Below are positions 8,600 through 19,279 of a stretch of DNA of 64,000 nt, piece by piece (within the stretch, counting starts at the first letter, position 1; each line of letters starts with the position of its first letter). The stretch covers positions 1,500 through 65,499 of the forward strand of contig JBBIPZ010000011.1 of NCBI GenBank assembly GCA_037442505.1, in the 5' to 3' direction. The notes beneath the pieces are model-generated. The model saw only the letters and a list, made by a program, of their open reading frames with translations. It was not told the DNA's origin and did no database searches. The DNA is from Deltaproteobacteria bacterium. Its GTDB lineage: Bacteria; CALINM01. The position numbers and the translations under genes were made by a program.

Positions 8600-9410
8600 A
8601 AATAGGTTTTGAACTTATATTTTCAAAAGGTGACGGTTCTTCATTCATCTTGACTTCAATCTTTCTTTCCATACTTATTACTAAACTTGACTTAAGGTAT
8701 CTGTCCAGTTCTTCTTCTGTGATAATTTTTACCTCTGCCATCCGTTTTAAAATTCTCTTTGCACGAAGTTCAACTGTATCTATCTTTTTGTAAGGATTAA
8801 AAATCTTAGGACCCGGTAACAACGAAGCAAGTAATGCCGCTTCCAATGGATTTAAAGCAGAAGGTGATTTTCCAAAATAAAATTTACTTGCGTGACCAAT
8901 GCCATAAACAAGCGGTCCAAACTCAACCGCATTAAGATATAACTCTAAAATACGTGATTTAGAAAGCTGCATCTCAAGTAAAAAGGCAATAACAACCTCT
9001 TTAAGCTTTCTGGAAATTGTTTTTTCCCTCGAAAGAAACACATTTTTGGCAAGCTGTTGTGTAATTGTGCTACCACCCCTTACATATTTACCTACTTCTA
9101 AGTTTTTTTTAAAAGCCTGTTTCATTGCATCTATATCAACACCTGAATGTTTATAAAACTTAGCATCTTCAGATAGTATTACAGCCCATTTAACATATTG
9201 ACTTATGTTTTTCCAGTAAACAAAGTATGGATTTTTTGGACCTAACGTATATGGATACCCCTTCTTATTCCAGTCATACACAGTTATAACCTTAGAGTAA
9301 CTTTTGTCTCTTAATGCTTTTACCTCATTAAAAATATAGAATCCATAACTTACAAAGAAAATTATAGTTGCAACAAAAATAACTACTGTCAGATAAATAA
9401 TTCTTCTCAT
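8574..9410 (-). CDS. mtgA: Monofunctional peptidoglycan transglycosylase (GT51)
   Basis: N-terminal TM; EDAKFYKHSGVD, RGGSTITQQLAKN, RKLKE, KSRILELYLN; no transpeptidase domain. Confidence 0.88.
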   Translation of the reverse strand: MRRIIYLTVVIFVATIIFFVSYGFYIFNEVKALRDKSYSKVITVYDWNKKGYPYTLGPKNPYFVYWKNISQYVKWAVILSEDAKFYKHSGVDIDAMKQAFKKNLEVGKYVRGGSTITQQLAKNVFLSREKTISRKLKEVVIAFLLEMQLSKSRILELYLNAVEFGPLVYGIGHASKFYFGKSPSALNPLEAALLASLLPGPKIFNPYKKIDTVELRAKRILKRMAEVKIITEEELDRYLKSSLVISMERKIEVKMNEEPSPFENISSKPIFNSHSSTD

Positions 9411-9415
9411 GTTTC

Positions 9416-10387
9416 TTAATTGTCCTGCGATGCCCTGATAATTCTGTCTCTTATCGCTATTCCTAAGCCTTGATTCTCTGGAAGCTGAGCTAGTATAACT
9501 TCTACCCCCGCAGCGTCCATGTATCTGAATGTAGAATAAAGAAGTCGAGCGTATTCAGTTATATCTTCAAATATAACCTTTTTGTAAAAACTACCTTTAA
9601 AATCTTTAATTCCCAGCAGAGCAACTTTTTTTTCAGTAAATTTTTCAATTGCTTTAGAAAGTTCGCTTTCTGTCTCGAAAGGGAAGACCATCGCTTCAGG
9701 TGCATAATGTTTGTAACGTGTGCCCGGGGATCTTTTCAAAATATCTAAAGATTCAGGGATAACGACAGGAAAACCTTTCTCTTTAAGTTCTTCTATGGTG
9801 ATTGCCCCAGCCCTTAATAACAGATATGGATGTGTTGTAACGTCAATAACTGTTGATTCTAAACCATAAACAGTCGCACCGCCATCGATTATAGCGTCAA
9901 CCTTTCCATCAAAGTCTTCAACAACATGAATAAAATCAGTGCCACTTGGTTTACCAGAAATATTTGCGCTGGGTGCAACTATCGGCGATGAGAGTTTCTT
10001 GATTAACTCAACCGCAATGAGATTGTCGGGCATTCTAACTGCGATCGTTTCAAGTCCAAAGGTATATCTTTTGTCTATTTTGCTTTTTAGAACCAGTGTT
10101 AAAGGTCCTGGCATAAATGCATCTACTATTTCCAATACCCTATCGGATACTTCTGCTAACGCTAATAATGTGTTTATATTGGCAACATGAAAGATTAACG
10201 GATTATCTCTTTTCCTGTGTTTCACCTCAAAAATTTTATTAACCGCATCTAAATTATATGCATCTGCACCAATACCATATACAGTCTCGGTAGGAAAGAC
10301 TACAAGCCCACCTTTAGATAAAACGTCTGCACAAGCCTCTGTGACTTTATCAATTCCTTCCGTTAAATTAAATATTCTTGTTTTCAT
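9416..10387 (-). CDS. sua5: Threonylcarbamoyl-AMP synthase, Sua5 type (YrdC + Sua5 C-terminal domain)
   Basis: FPTETVYGIGA, PSANISGKPS, PGTRYKHYAP. Start moved from 10426 to the ATG at 10387 because the extra N-terminus lies in the terminator hairpin. Confidence 0.94.
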   Translation of the reverse strand: MKTRIFNLTEGIDKVTEACADVLSKGGLVVFPTETVYGIGADAYNLDAVNKIFEVKHRKRDNPLIFHVANINTLLALAEVSDRVLEIVDAFMPGPLTLVLKSKIDKRYTFGLETIAVRMPDNLIAVELIKKLSSPIVAPSANISGKPSGTDFIHVVEDFDGKVDAIIDGGATVYGLESTVIDVTTHPYLLLRAGAITIEELKEKGFPVVIPESLDILKRSPGTRYKHYAPEAMVFPFETESELSKAIEKFTEKKVALLGIKDFKGSFYKKVIFEDITEYARLLYSTFRYMDAAGVEVILAQLPENQGLGIAIRDRIIRASQDN

Positions 10388-10404
10388 TGGATAAACGATT
10401 ATAA

Positions 10405-10448
10405 AACAATAGCACCTCCAAAACAAATATTTTGAAGGTGCTATTGTT
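10405..10448 (-). terminator. Rho-independent terminator downstream of glnA
   Basis: Minus-strand stem AACAATAGCACCTTCAAAA / TTTTGGAGGTGCTATTGTT (19 bp, one G:U), 6-nt loop, followed by a short U-rich stretch. Confidence 0.8.
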
Positions 10449-10475
10449 GTTATTTTTGAAATAATTTGTTAATTT

Positions 10476-11888
10476 TTATATATCGTAGTAAAGGAAAAAC
10501 TCCATTGGAGTGGGTCTTAAGTTAACAGCATTGAACTCTCTTTCTGTCTTATAACTAATCCATGCCTCAATAACATCTTTTGTAAAAACACCACCCTTTA
10601 AGAGAAATTCATGGTCTTCTTTTAAAGCCTTCAAAGCTTCCTGTAAAGAACCAGGAGCTGATGGAACATTTTTAAGTTCCTCTGGTGAAAGCGCATAAAT
10701 ATCTTTATCAAGTGGCTGTCCTGGATCAATCTTGTTTTCAATACCATCTAATCCAGCCATAAGCATTGCTGCGAATGCTAAGTAACCATTGCAGGATGGA
10801 TCTGGTGTCCTGAACTCGATCCTTTTTGCCTTTGGAGAAGGTGAATACATAGGAATTCTGATAGCAGCACTTCTGTTTCTGCTACTATAAGCAAGATTAA
10901 CAGGGGCTTCAAAACCAGGAACAAGTCTTCTATATGAATTAGTGGTTGGATTTGTAATTGCACAAAGAGCCCTTGCATGCTTTAAAATACCACCAATAAA
11001 ATATAATGCCAACTTACTGAGTCCACCATAACCATCTCCAGCAAAAAGTGGTTTACCCTTTTTCCACAAGGAAATATGCGTATGCATACCAGATCCATTA
11101 TCACCGTATAATGGTTTTGGCATAAATGTAGCTGTTTTTCCATTTCTTAAAGCAACATTCTTAACAATGTACTTAAACCACATAAGTTTATCTGCACACT
11201 TAAGCAAGCTATCAAATCTGAAATCTATTTCAGCCTGACCTGCTGAAGCAACTTCATGATGCTGCCTTTCCACATTAATACCAACACACTCCATCATCTT
11301 TACCATTTCATCCCTGATATTTTGCTGGCTATCTGCAGGAGAAACAGGAAAATAACCCTCTTTATGCCTGATTTTGTATCCTAAATTTGGTTCCTCTTCT
11401 CTACCAGAATTCCAGATAGCTTCATTAGAATCAACGAAATGATAACTATGATTGCTCCCCAGATCATACCTTACGTCATCAAAAATAAAAAACTCTGCCT
11501 CGGGACCAAAATATGCCACATCTGCTATACCTGTTGATAATAGATAGTTTTCAGCCTTTGTAGCGATATTTCTTGGGTCTCTTTCGTAAGCCACTTTTGT
11601 AATAGGATCGTAAACGTTACAGATGAGCGAAAGAGTTGGCATTTCAATAAAAGGATCAATAACTGCTGTAGACGGATCTGGCAGAAGAATCATATCACTT
11701 TCATGAATCGATTTCCAGCCTCTTATGCTGCTCCCGTCAAAACCAAGCCCTTCTTCAAATATTTCTTCATCAAATGCAGAGATTGGAATAGAAAAATGCT
11801 GCCAGGTGCCAATAAAGTCCATAAACTTAAAGTCAACAGACTGAGCACCATGTTCCTTTGCAAATTGTACTACTTCTTTTGAGTTCAT
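10476..11888 (-). CDS. glnA: Glutamine synthetase type I
   Basis: [68 protein letters not shown]. Confidence 0.98.
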   Translation of the reverse strand: MNSKEVVQFAKEHGAQSVDFKFMDFIGTWQHFSIPISAFDEEIFEEGLGFDGSSIRGWKSIHESDMILLPDPSTAVIDPFIEMPTLSLICNVYDPITKVAYERDPRNIATKAENYLLSTGIADVAYFGPEAEFFIFDDVRYDLGSNHSYHFVDSNEAIWNSGREEEPNLGYKIRHKEGYFPVSPADSQQNIRDEMVKMMECVGINVERQHHEVASAGQAEIDFRFDSLLKCADKLMWFKYIVKNVALRNGKTATFMPKPLYGDNGSGMHTHISLWKKGKPLFAGDGYGGLSKLALYFIGGILKHARALCAITNPTTNSYRRLVPGFEAPVNLAYSSRNRSAAIRIPMYSPSPKAKRIEFRTPDPSCNGYLAFAAMLMAGLDGIENKIDPGQPLDKDIYALSPEELKNVPSAPGSLQEALKALKEDHEFLLKGGVFTKDVIEAWISYKTEREFNAVNLRPTPMEFFLYYDI

Positions 11889-11929
11889 TATAAACCTCCC
11901 ACGTTTTTTTCAATTTTATACCAAATATG

Positions 11930-11945
11930 AGCAAAAAGCTTGCCA
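11930..11945 (-). promoter_or_regulatory. Sigma54 promoter of glnA
   Basis: Minus strand TGGCAAGCTTTTTGCT, exact GG-N10-GC spacing, about 40 nt upstream of the ATG. Confidence 0.85.
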
Positions 11946-12023
11946 TAAAAATGCACTATTAAAAAACAATTTTGAACATTTTAACGACAATTTTACTTCA
12001 ATATAATTTTTTATGCCTATTTT

Positions 12024-13046
12024 TTAATCATTAAAAAGTGTATTCTGTTTTTTATGCTCAGGCAGTTTTAGATATTTATAGGCTAAAGATGTCGCGATTC
12101 TACCACGTGGAGTTCTTGCAATAAAGCCTTTTTGTATCAGATACGGTTCATAGACGTCTTCAATCGTTTCTTTTTCTTCACAAACCGAAACTGCAATCGT
12201 GTCTATTCCTACCGGTCCACCATTAAATTTTGAAATAATAGTCTTAAGAATATCCCTATCCATTGCATCCAGCCCTTCTTCATCGATATCCATAGCTGCT
12301 AAGCCTTTATCTGCAATCTCCTTATTTATGCTTCCGTTGCCAATAACCTGTGCATAGTCCCTGATTCTTTTTAAAATTCTGTTAGCAATCCTTGGTGTCC
12401 CCCTTGAGCGTCTTGCAATTTCGTTAGCACCATCATTATCAATCGAAATACCCAGAATTTTTGCAGATCTTTTAACTATAAAACTCAGCTCTTCTTGACT
12501 GTAATAATCCAGACGTGCCGAAAAGCCAAACCTATCACGTAATGGTGATGTAAGTGAACCCGCACGTGTAGTAGCACCAATTAATGTAAATTTTGGCAGT
12601 GTTATTCTTAAACTTTTTGCAGAAGGCCCCTGCCCAATTTTGATATCAATTTTAAAATCTTCCATTGCTGGATATAAGATTTCTTCAACTATCGAAGGCA
12701 ATCTGTGGATTTCGTCTATAAAAATAACATCTCTTTCAGATAGGCTTGAAAGCATGGCTGCCAGATCGCCAGGCTTTTCTAAAACAGGACCTGATGTAAT
12801 CCTTATATTAACACCAAGCTCTTTTGCAATTACGATGGAAAGAGAAGTTTTTCCAAGTCCCGGTGGTCCATATAACAAGATATGGTCTAACGCCTCACCT
12901 CTTTCTAAAGCTGCCTTTACAAAAATTTTAAGATTTTCTTTGATTTTAGATTGTCCTAAAAAGTCATCAAAAGAAGAAGGTCTAAGACTTTTGTCTAACT
13001 CGATATCTTCAAATGTTTTTTCAGGAACAACAAGTTCATCTCTCAT
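12024..13046 (-). CDS. ruvB: Holliday junction branch migration helicase RuvB
   Basis: [55 protein letters not shown]. Confidence 0.98.
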   Translation of the reverse strand: MRDELVVPEKTFEDIELDKSLRPSSFDDFLGQSKIKENLKIFVKAALERGEALDHILLYGPPGLGKTSLSIVIAKELGVNIRITSGPVLEKPGDLAAMLSSLSERDVIFIDEIHRLPSIVEEILYPAMEDFKIDIKIGQGPSAKSLRITLPKFTLIGATTRAGSLTSPLRDRFGFSARLDYYSQEELSFIVKRSAKILGISIDNDGANEIARRSRGTPRIANRILKRIRDYAQVIGNGSINKEIADKGLAAMDIDEEGLDAMDRDILKTIISKFNGGPVGIDTIAVSVCEEKETIEDVYEPYLIQKGFIARTPRGRIATSLAYKYLKLPEHKKQNTLFND

Positions 13047-13049
13047 TTA

Positions 13050-13640
13050 TCACCTTTTTACCAACACTTTTAATGCTGTTTTCAAAACATCTTCTATTGG
13101 CGCACCATCTCCTAAAGATGTTTTTGAGATTTGTATTGCATCCTTCGCATCCTTCGGTGAGTATCCTAAAGATATCAACGCTAATTCAACATCCAGATAG
13201 GCAGCAGGTGTCTTATGGATCGTATCGGCAACTATATATTTCTTTATTTTGTCTTTTAGTTCGAAAATTATCCTTTCTGCAGTCTTTCTGCCTACCCCGG
13301 GAACATTAACAAATGCGTCTTTATTTTCAGTTGATATAAGGTTAATTAACTCATCTGCTTCTAAAGAAGACAACAAATTAAAGGCTGTTTTTACACCCAC
13401 ACCCTTTGCCATTCTCAAAAAATTGAAAACATCTTTGTCTTTGCGATGAAAAAAACCATATAGCGTAAAACCGTCCTCTTTGAATATCATCTGAATATAT
13501 AGAAAAATCTTTTTGCCCTCTTCTGGCAAAAGAGAGAACGCTTTTAAAGGAATATAAACTTCATAACCAACACCTGCAACATCAACTGTTATAACATCGA
13601 TTTTTTTTTCAGTTAATACACCATTAAGTGTACAGATCAT
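13050..13640 (-). CDS. ruvA: Holliday junction DNA-binding protein RuvA
   Basis: DVAGVGYEV, KGVGVKTA, VPGVGRKTAERIIFELKDK, ALISLGYS. Confidence 0.96.
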   Translation of the reverse strand: MICTLNGVLTEKKIDVITVDVAGVGYEVYIPLKAFSLLPEEGKKIFLYIQMIFKEDGFTLYGFFHRKDKDVFNFLRMAKGVGVKTAFNLLSSLEADELINLISTENKDAFVNVPGVGRKTAERIIFELKDKIKKYIVADTIHKTPAAYLDVELALISLGYSPKDAKDAIQISKTSLGDGAPIEDVLKTALKVLVKR

Positions 13641-13645
13641 CTTGT

Positions 13646-14125
13646 TTAAATCCTCATCCCGTATGATATATTACCATGAAAAATTGCAAGTGCAAGTGCA
13701 TCTGATGCATCTTCTTCTAACTCGTTGTTAATATTAAGTATCATTTTGACCATTCTTTGCAACGCCTCTTTATTAGCATCACCATAACCAGCTATCCCCT
13801 GCTTAACAGCCCTTGTTGCATATTCATACACAGCAATACTATAAGATAAGGCAGTTATAATACAGGCAGCACGCGCTTCGCCTATTAAAAATGCGGAACG
13901 CGCATTTTTCCCAATAAAAACCTTCTCTATCACCATGCAAGATGGCTTTATCTCTTTAACTAAACTGTTTAACTCAGTAAAAAGCTGAAACAATCTATCG
14001 TGTGTAGAAGATTTTGTATCGAGCTTTATTACACCTGCCTTAATCAAAGTAAAATCACCGCCACTTTTTCTCAAAAAGCCATAGCCAGTTTTTCTAAGGC
14101 CAGGATCAATACCGAGTATAATCAT
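13646..14125 (-). CDS. ruvC: Crossover junction endodeoxyribonuclease RuvC
   Basis: IILGIDPG, IEKVF, GEARAA, DASDALALAI. Confidence 0.96.
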   Translation of the reverse strand: MIILGIDPGLRKTGYGFLRKSGGDFTLIKAGVIKLDTKSSTHDRLFQLFTELNSLVKEIKPSCMVIEKVFIGKNARSAFLIGEARAACIITALSYSIAVYEYATRAVKQGIAGYGDANKEALQRMVKMILNINNELEEDASDALALAIFHGNISYGMRI

Positions 14126-14128
14126 ATG

Positions 14129-14869
14129 TCATTCTAAGTTTACATCATCAGGAATATCAAAATTGGCATAAACGTTCTGAACATCATCGTGGTCTTCCAG
14201 AGCGTCAAAGAGTTTAACCATGTTTTGAGCATCTTTATCTCTTACTTCAACGTAATTTTTTGGAAGCATTGTGATTTCAGCAACAGAATATTTCAAACCT
14301 TTCTTATCAAAAACATCTTTTACTGTTTCAAAATCTTCTGGTGCAGTAATCACTTCATGTGATTTGTCATCATGTCTAACATCTTCAGCCCCTGCCTCAA
14401 TGGCAATCTCCATCAGTTCTTCTTCAGAAATCACCCCTTCATCAAAAACGAAATAGCCTTTTTGATCAAAAATCCACGAGACACAACCAGACTCACCTAA
14501 ATTACCATTATATTTAGAAAAGATGTGTCTGATCTCGCCAACTGTTCTGTTTTTGTTATCAGTCATACAATCAACAAGTACCGCTACACCACCGGGACCA
14601 TATCCTTCGTAACGGATTTCTTCATATTGAACGTCCTGTAGCTCACCTGTACCTTTTTTTATAGCCCTATCAATATTGTCGTTAGGCATGTTCAAGTTTT
14701 TAGCCTTTGCAATAACAGTACGAAGTCTCGGATTCATATTAGGGTCTTTTCCCCCAAGTCTCACTGCAATAGTAATTTCTTTTGCAAGCTTTGTGAATAT
14801 TTTGCCACGTTTTGCATCAACAGCGGCCTTTTTGTGTTTAATTTGTGCCCATTTAGAATGTCCTGCCAT
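14129..14869 (-). CDS. yebC: YebC/PmpR family protein (TACO1-like)
   Basis: [42 protein letters not shown]; usual position upstream of ruvCAB. Confidence 0.96.
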   Translation of the reverse strand: MAGHSKWAQIKHKKAAVDAKRGKIFTKLAKEITIAVRLGGKDPNMNPRLRTVIAKAKNLNMPNDNIDRAIKKGTGELQDVQYEEIRYEGYGPGGVAVLVDCMTDNKNRTVGEIRHIFSKYNGNLGESGCVSWIFDQKGYFVFDEGVISEEELMEIAIEAGAEDVRHDDKSHEVITAPEDFETVKDVFDKKGLKYSVAEITMLPKNYVEVRDKDAQNMVKLFDALEDHDDVQNVYANFDIPDDVNLE

Positions 14870-14892
14870 TACTCCTCCTACTTTTTTTTCAA

Positions 14893-15990
14893 TTATTTCA
14901 ATAACAAGAATTTTTCAATAAATTCGTTAATTTCACCGTCTAAAACAGCGTCTGCGTTACTCGTTTCTACCAATGTCCTGTGGTCTTTAACCTGTTTATA
15001 AGGATGCAATACGTATGTTCTTATTTGGCTTCCCCATGCAATCTCTTTCTTCTGATCGTAATTCCTTTTCTTGTCTTCTTCACGTTTTTTTAGTTCTATT
15101 TCGTAAAGACGAGCTTTAAGTAATTTTAAAGCCATTTCTCTATTTTTATGCTGCGAACGCTCATTCTGACACTGAACTACAATACCAGTTGGCAAATGTG
15201 TAATCCTTACAGCAGAGTCAGTCTTGTTAACTTTTTGACCGCCACAACCAGAAGAACGATACGTATCGATTTTAATATCATCTTCCTTTATCTCGATATC
15301 AATATCATCTTCAACCTGCGGAATCACAGAGACAGACGCAAAGGATGTATGTCTTCTACCAGATGCATCAAACGGTGAAATTCTGATAAGCCTATGAATC
15401 CCTTCTTCAGCCTTTAAATACCCATAAGCATAATCACCATCTACCGTTATAGTGACGTTTTTTATACCAGCTTCATCACCGGGTAGAATGTCAACTATTT
15501 GTGTTTTATAGTCCATTCTTTCTGTCCATCGCAAATACATCCTGAGAAGCATCTCTGCCCAATCTTGTGATTCAGTCCCGCCAGCACCAGAATTAATACT
15601 TAAAATAGCGCCCTGTATATCTTCTGGTTGGGTAAACATCTTTCTTATTTCAAAATCACGCAAAAGCTTCTCAAAAAGCTTTATATTTGCAGACATTTCT
15701 GAAACTAATGCTGAGTCAGAGTCTTCTTTAACAAGTTCTCTTGCTGCTTTAATCTCCTCATATAGATTGATTATTTTATTCCATTCTTCAAAAAACTTGA
15801 TTAAAAGTGTTCTTTCCTTCAACAACTGCTTGCCATCTTCAATATTTTTCCAGAAGCTCTCTTTTGCGACAATGTTTTCTATCTCCTGTAGTCGCGCTTG
15901 TTTCTCTTCCAGATTTAAATGTTCTTTCAGAGTAAAAAATCTTTCTTCCAAATTATCTGAAATTTGTAATAAATCTTCCAGCAATGCCAC
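14893..15990 (-). CDS. prfB: Peptide chain release factor 2, single uninterrupted ORF
   Basis: SPF motif (RISPFD), GGQ (SGCGGQKVN), WGSQIRTY. True start may be TTG at 15984 (AGGAG 7 nt upstream) rather than GTG at 15990. Confidence 0.96.
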   Translation of the reverse strand: MALLEDLLQISDNLEERFFTLKEHLNLEEKQARLQEIENIVAKESFWKNIEDGKQLLKERTLLIKFFEEWNKIINLYEEIKAARELVKEDSDSALVSEMSANIKLFEKLLRDFEIRKMFTQPEDIQGAILSINSGAGGTESQDWAEMLLRMYLRWTERMDYKTQIVDILPGDEAGIKNVTITVDGDYAYGYLKAEEGIHRLIRISPFDASGRRHTSFASVSVIPQVEDDIDIEIKEDDIKIDTYRSSGCGGQKVNKTDSAVRITHLPTGIVVQCQNERSQHKNREMALKLLKARLYEIELKKREEDKKRNYDQKKEIAWGSQIRTYVLHPYKQVKDHRTLVETSNADAVLDGEINEFIEKFLLLK

Positions 15991-16134
15991 ACTCCTGTAG
16001 CTACAGATAAAATTTTTTGTAATATCAGAAAATTTATAAAATCATTTCCAATGATTTTAAAGACCTTTGTAAACCTTACATAAGTCTTAGCTTATATTTT
16101 AATGTAAGTAAGCTTTTTTTTCTACATTTTTTTC

Positions 16135-16163
16135 TTGCAATAAATTTAAGTATGTGTTTTAAT
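16135..16163 (+). promoter_or_regulatory. Sigma70-type promoter of tRNA-Asp
   Basis: TTGCAA-N17-TTTAAT with TG extension, 16 nt upstream of the tRNA. Confidence 0.55.
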
Positions 16164-16179
16164 ATTTGTCTAAACCAGC

Positions 16180-16256
16180 GGAGCCGTAGTTCAGTCGGTT
16201 AGAACGCCTGCCTGTCACGCAGGAGGCCGCGAGTTCGAGTCTCGTCGGCTCCGCCA
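16180..16256 (+). tRNA. tRNA-Asp (GTC)
   Basis: Acceptor stem GGAGCCG/CGGCTCC, anticodon arm CCTGC-CTGTCAC-GCAGG, T-loop GTTCGAG, encoded CCA; 77 nt. Confidence 0.98.
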
Positions 16257-16335
16257 TAAATAAAGTCATTTCGTGCTTCCTTTTCAGTAATAGTTTTTTA
16301 CCTTTGAAGTTGTCGTGGTGCTTTAGAGCTAAAGG

Positions 16336-16902
16336 TTAGCTATAGATCACGTATGTTCTGGCAATTTTATCGTGTAGAGCCTGATTGTTCCTGTCAAATA
16401 ATGCCCATATATAGCCCATGCCAAAAAGTAGACTTGACAATATTTTTCCTATAACTTCTCTTTTTAAAACTTCAGAAATTTCTGGATTTTTACCTTGTTT
16501 ATTAACAACTTTAATTCCAAGGACAGCTTTGCCGAGTGTTTTTCCATAAACATGTGTAAAATAGACATAGTAGAAAAACATAATCGATACACAGACAAAG
16601 TATATGATGCTCCCAATCATTATATTAGAAAAATCTTCATCAGTAATACCAAATGACTGAAATAGATAACTTAAAGACCAATCAATACCAAAAGAAACGA
16701 TAAGAAAAATAGCATTTAATAATAACATATCGATTATAAATGCAAGCAAACGAGAAAAAAAGCTTGCCTTCTTGTGCTCAAAAAAAGTAAATATGAACGT
16801 CTCGTTGCATACAGGACACCTAACTTTCGAAGCTACATTAACAATCTTCTCTTGTGACACTTCTTTAGAAAAAGAGCAAAAAGGACAGGTAATTTTAATC
16901 AT
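16336..16902 (-). CDS. RDD family membrane protein with N-terminal zinc ribbon
   Basis: ITCPFC...RCPVC N-terminus; SRLLAFIID; GKTLGKAVLGIKVV; QALHDKIARTYV. Start taken at MIKITCP. Confidence 0.88.
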   Translation of the reverse strand: MIKITCPFCSFSKEVSQEKIVNVASKVRCPVCNETFIFTFFEHKKASFFSRLLAFIIDMLLLNAIFLIVSFGIDWSLSYLFQSFGITDEDFSNIMIGSIIYFVCVSIMFFYYVYFTHVYGKTLGKAVLGIKVVNKQGKNPEISEVLKREVIGKILSSLLFGMGYIWALFDRNNQALHDKIARTYVIYS

Positions 16903-17497
16903 TTTGTTCCAAAAAATTAACAAGATTAAGTTTAATTTTTTCTAAAGCTATTTTCCTGTGACTAATGTTATTCTTATCCTCATTAGCAAGTTCAGCAAAC
17001 GTTTTATTTAATGGGGGATAAAAGAAAATTGGATCATAACCAAAACCATTATCACCCTTTGGTGTATCTATAATTAAACCATCTACCCTCCCATCTGCAG
17101 TGATATACCTACCATTTGGTTTATAAACTACCACACTGGAAACAAAGTGTGCTGTTCTTTTCTCTAAAGGAGTAGGCTTAAGCATCTGTAAAAGCAAACG
17201 ATTGTTTTGTTCGTCGTTTGCGTTAGCTCCAGCAAATCTATGAGAATAAACGCCTGGCTTGCCACCAAGAACATCGACTACCAGCCCCGAATCCTCCCCT
17301 AAAGCTATTATTCCGAATCTATCAGCAGCTGTTTTAGCCTTTTTTAAGGCGTTATCAAAAAATGTTTTGCCATCCTCAACAATATCAATATGCTGGAGGT
17401 CATTTAAAGTAAGAAACTCTATATCAGTTCCTTTAAAAATCTCAACAATTTCTTTTAACTTTTTCATATTACTTGTAACTAATAATATTTTTTTCAC
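16895..17497 (-). CDS. rdgB: Non-canonical purine NTP pyrophosphatase (RdgB/HAM1)
   Basis: [45 protein letters not shown]. Confidence 0.95.
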   Translation of the reverse strand: MKKILLVTSNMKKLKEIVEIFKGTDIEFLTLNDLQHIDIVEDGKTFFDNALKKAKTAADRFGIIALGEDSGLVVDVLGGKPGVYSHRFAGANANDEQNNRLLLQMLKPTPLEKRTAHFVSSVVVYKPNGRYITADGRVDGLIIDTPKGDNGFGYDPIFFYPPLNKTFAELANEDKNNISHRKIALEKIKLNLVNFLEQND

Positions 17498-18209
17498 TGG
17501 TTAAAGCCTTTTTTTGTATCTTGAATAATTTTTTTATAGCTGTCCAGCCAACAGAGACGATCTTATCAAGTTCTTTTTTTGTAAAACTGCCACGTTCTCC
17601 CGTGCCTTGAATCTCTATTATTTTACCATCAGAATCCATTACGAGATTTAAGTCAATCTCACAACTACTATCTTCTTCATAATTTAAATCAACAAGAAGC
17701 TCGCCATTTACAATACCCAAAGACACCGCTGCAATTTTATTTTTTATAGGGTTTTCTGTAAAAATACCCTTTTCTAAACCTTTCTTGATAGCTAAAGATA
17801 AAGCAATAAATCCACCTGTAATCGAGGCTGTCCTTGTCCCCCCATCTGCCTGAATCACATCACAATCGATCCAGATGCTTCTTTCTCCCAATTTATTCAG
17901 ATCTGCCGCAGCTCTTAAAGCCCTTCCTATGAGCCTCTGGATCTCCTGTGTCCTGCCAGAAACTTTTCCCTGAGTTGATTCTCTCACCATTCTTGTATGT
18001 GTTGAACGTGGGAGCATAGAGTATTCAGCCGTAATCCATCCCTGTCCAGTTCCTTTTAAAAATGACGGTACTTTTTCTTCAATGGATGCATTGCACAAAA
18101 CTTTAGTATTTCCAAATTCGATTAAAACAGAACCTTCAGGATATATAACAAAATTTTTTGTCACTCTGATTTGTCTTAAATCAAATAATTTGCGTCCATC
18201 ATTTCTCAA
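17469..18209 (-). CDS. rph: Ribonuclease PH
   Basis: [51 protein letters not shown]; TTG start with GGAGG. Confidence 0.98.
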   Translation of the reverse strand: MRNDGRKLFDLRQIRVTKNFVIYPEGSVLIEFGNTKVLCNASIEEKVPSFLKGTGQGWITAEYSMLPRSTHTRMVRESTQGKVSGRTQEIQRLIGRALRAAADLNKLGERSIWIDCDVIQADGGTRTASITGGFIALSLAIKKGLEKGIFTENPIKNKIAAVSLGIVNGELLVDLNYEEDSSCEIDLNLVMDSDGKIIEIQGTGERGSFTKKELDKIVSVGWTAIKKLFKIQKKALTSEKNIISYK

Positions 18210-18257
18210 TGTGTTCCTCCATACAGATTATTGATTAAATTATAGATTAATCGATAG

Positions 18258-19241
18258 TTAAAGTAAATTGTTCTTCATATACCAATCAAACGTTTCTTTC
18301 AAGCCATTTATCAGAGAAAATTTTGGATTATAACCAAAATCCCTTTTTGCCTTCTCAATAGTAATTCCCCAATTTTCCTGAATCAAATCGATAACCCTGT
18401 CTTTATTTAGAGCATATGTCTTTTTAGTCAACCTGCCAATACCTTCATAGAAAAGTGTAATAGGAACGAGAATAAATCTTGGAATTAATACATCTCTTAG
18501 TTGTTTAGCCACAACCTTCGAAAAAGCATCTTTAATTTCATAAAAATATTCATTATGCCCACCCAGATAATATATCTCGCCTGAACACATCCTGCAATTT
18601 AAAGATTTTATTACCCCATCAACAAAATCGTCAATATAACATAGATTAACAATCCTGCTTAAACTACCAAACCTTACAAAAAAACCATGCTTTACTAACC
18701 TGAAAAGAGGTAATAAATTATAATCTCTTGGGCCATATACTACCGTTGGTCTAATGATTGTAATATTAAATTCTGATATGTGTTTTAACACCTCATCCTC
18801 AGCCAGCAATTTACTTTTACCCAGATGTGATACAGGCTTGGTGGTTGAATTTTCATTTTTCACTTCATCAGATAAAGATGGCCCAGATGCAGTATGGCTC
18901 GAAATATATAAAAATCTTTTCACACATCTGGCGTCTAAACATGCTTTGAGTATATTTTTTGTTCCTAAAAAATTAACCAGATAAAAGTTGTGCCAATCAA
19001 AGGTATTGGTTAAACCTGCTGCGTGAATGACGGTATCGATGTCTTTAAAACTATCTCTAAGCGTCTCAGGATAAAGAAAGTCGCTATATCTTATTTCAAC
19101 GTTGTGATAAATTTCATTCAACCATCTTTTATTGCTTTCTTTTCTGATAAGACAAACAACCTCATATCCTTCTTTAAGAAGTCTTTCTGCTAAAAAACTA
19201 CCCAAAAAACCGTTTGCCCCTGTTACAAGAATTTTCATCAA
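18258..19241 (-). CDS. NAD-dependent epimerase/dehydratase family (extended SDR) lacking the catalytic Tyr
   Basis: TGANGFLG, VIHAAG, YISS, IIRPTVVYGPRD; the YxxxK position reads LGKSK. Confidence 0.88.
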   Translation of the reverse strand: MMKILVTGANGFLGSFLAERLLKEGYEVVCLIRKESNKRWLNEIYHNVEIRYSDFLYPETLRDSFKDIDTVIHAAGLTNTFDWHNFYLVNFLGTKNILKACLDARCVKRFLYISSHTASGPSLSDEVKNENSTTKPVSHLGKSKLLAEDEVLKHISEFNITIIRPTVVYGPRDYNLLPLFRLVKHGFFVRFGSLSRIVNLCYIDDFVDGVIKSLNCRMCSGEIYYLGGHNEYFYEIKDAFSKVVAKQLRDVLIPRFILVPITLFYEGIGRLTKKTYALNKDRVIDLIQENWGITIEKAKRDFGYNPKFSLINGLKETFDWYMKNNLL

Positions 19242-19279
19242 AGAAAGTTTAGCAATTTTTACAGTTTTTAAGCAAGGAT

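Noticed and set aside
16180-16335. tRNA-Asp (and tRNA-Ser) as integration sites
   Set aside because: No integrase, no duplicated tRNA 3' end, and housekeeping genes on both sides.
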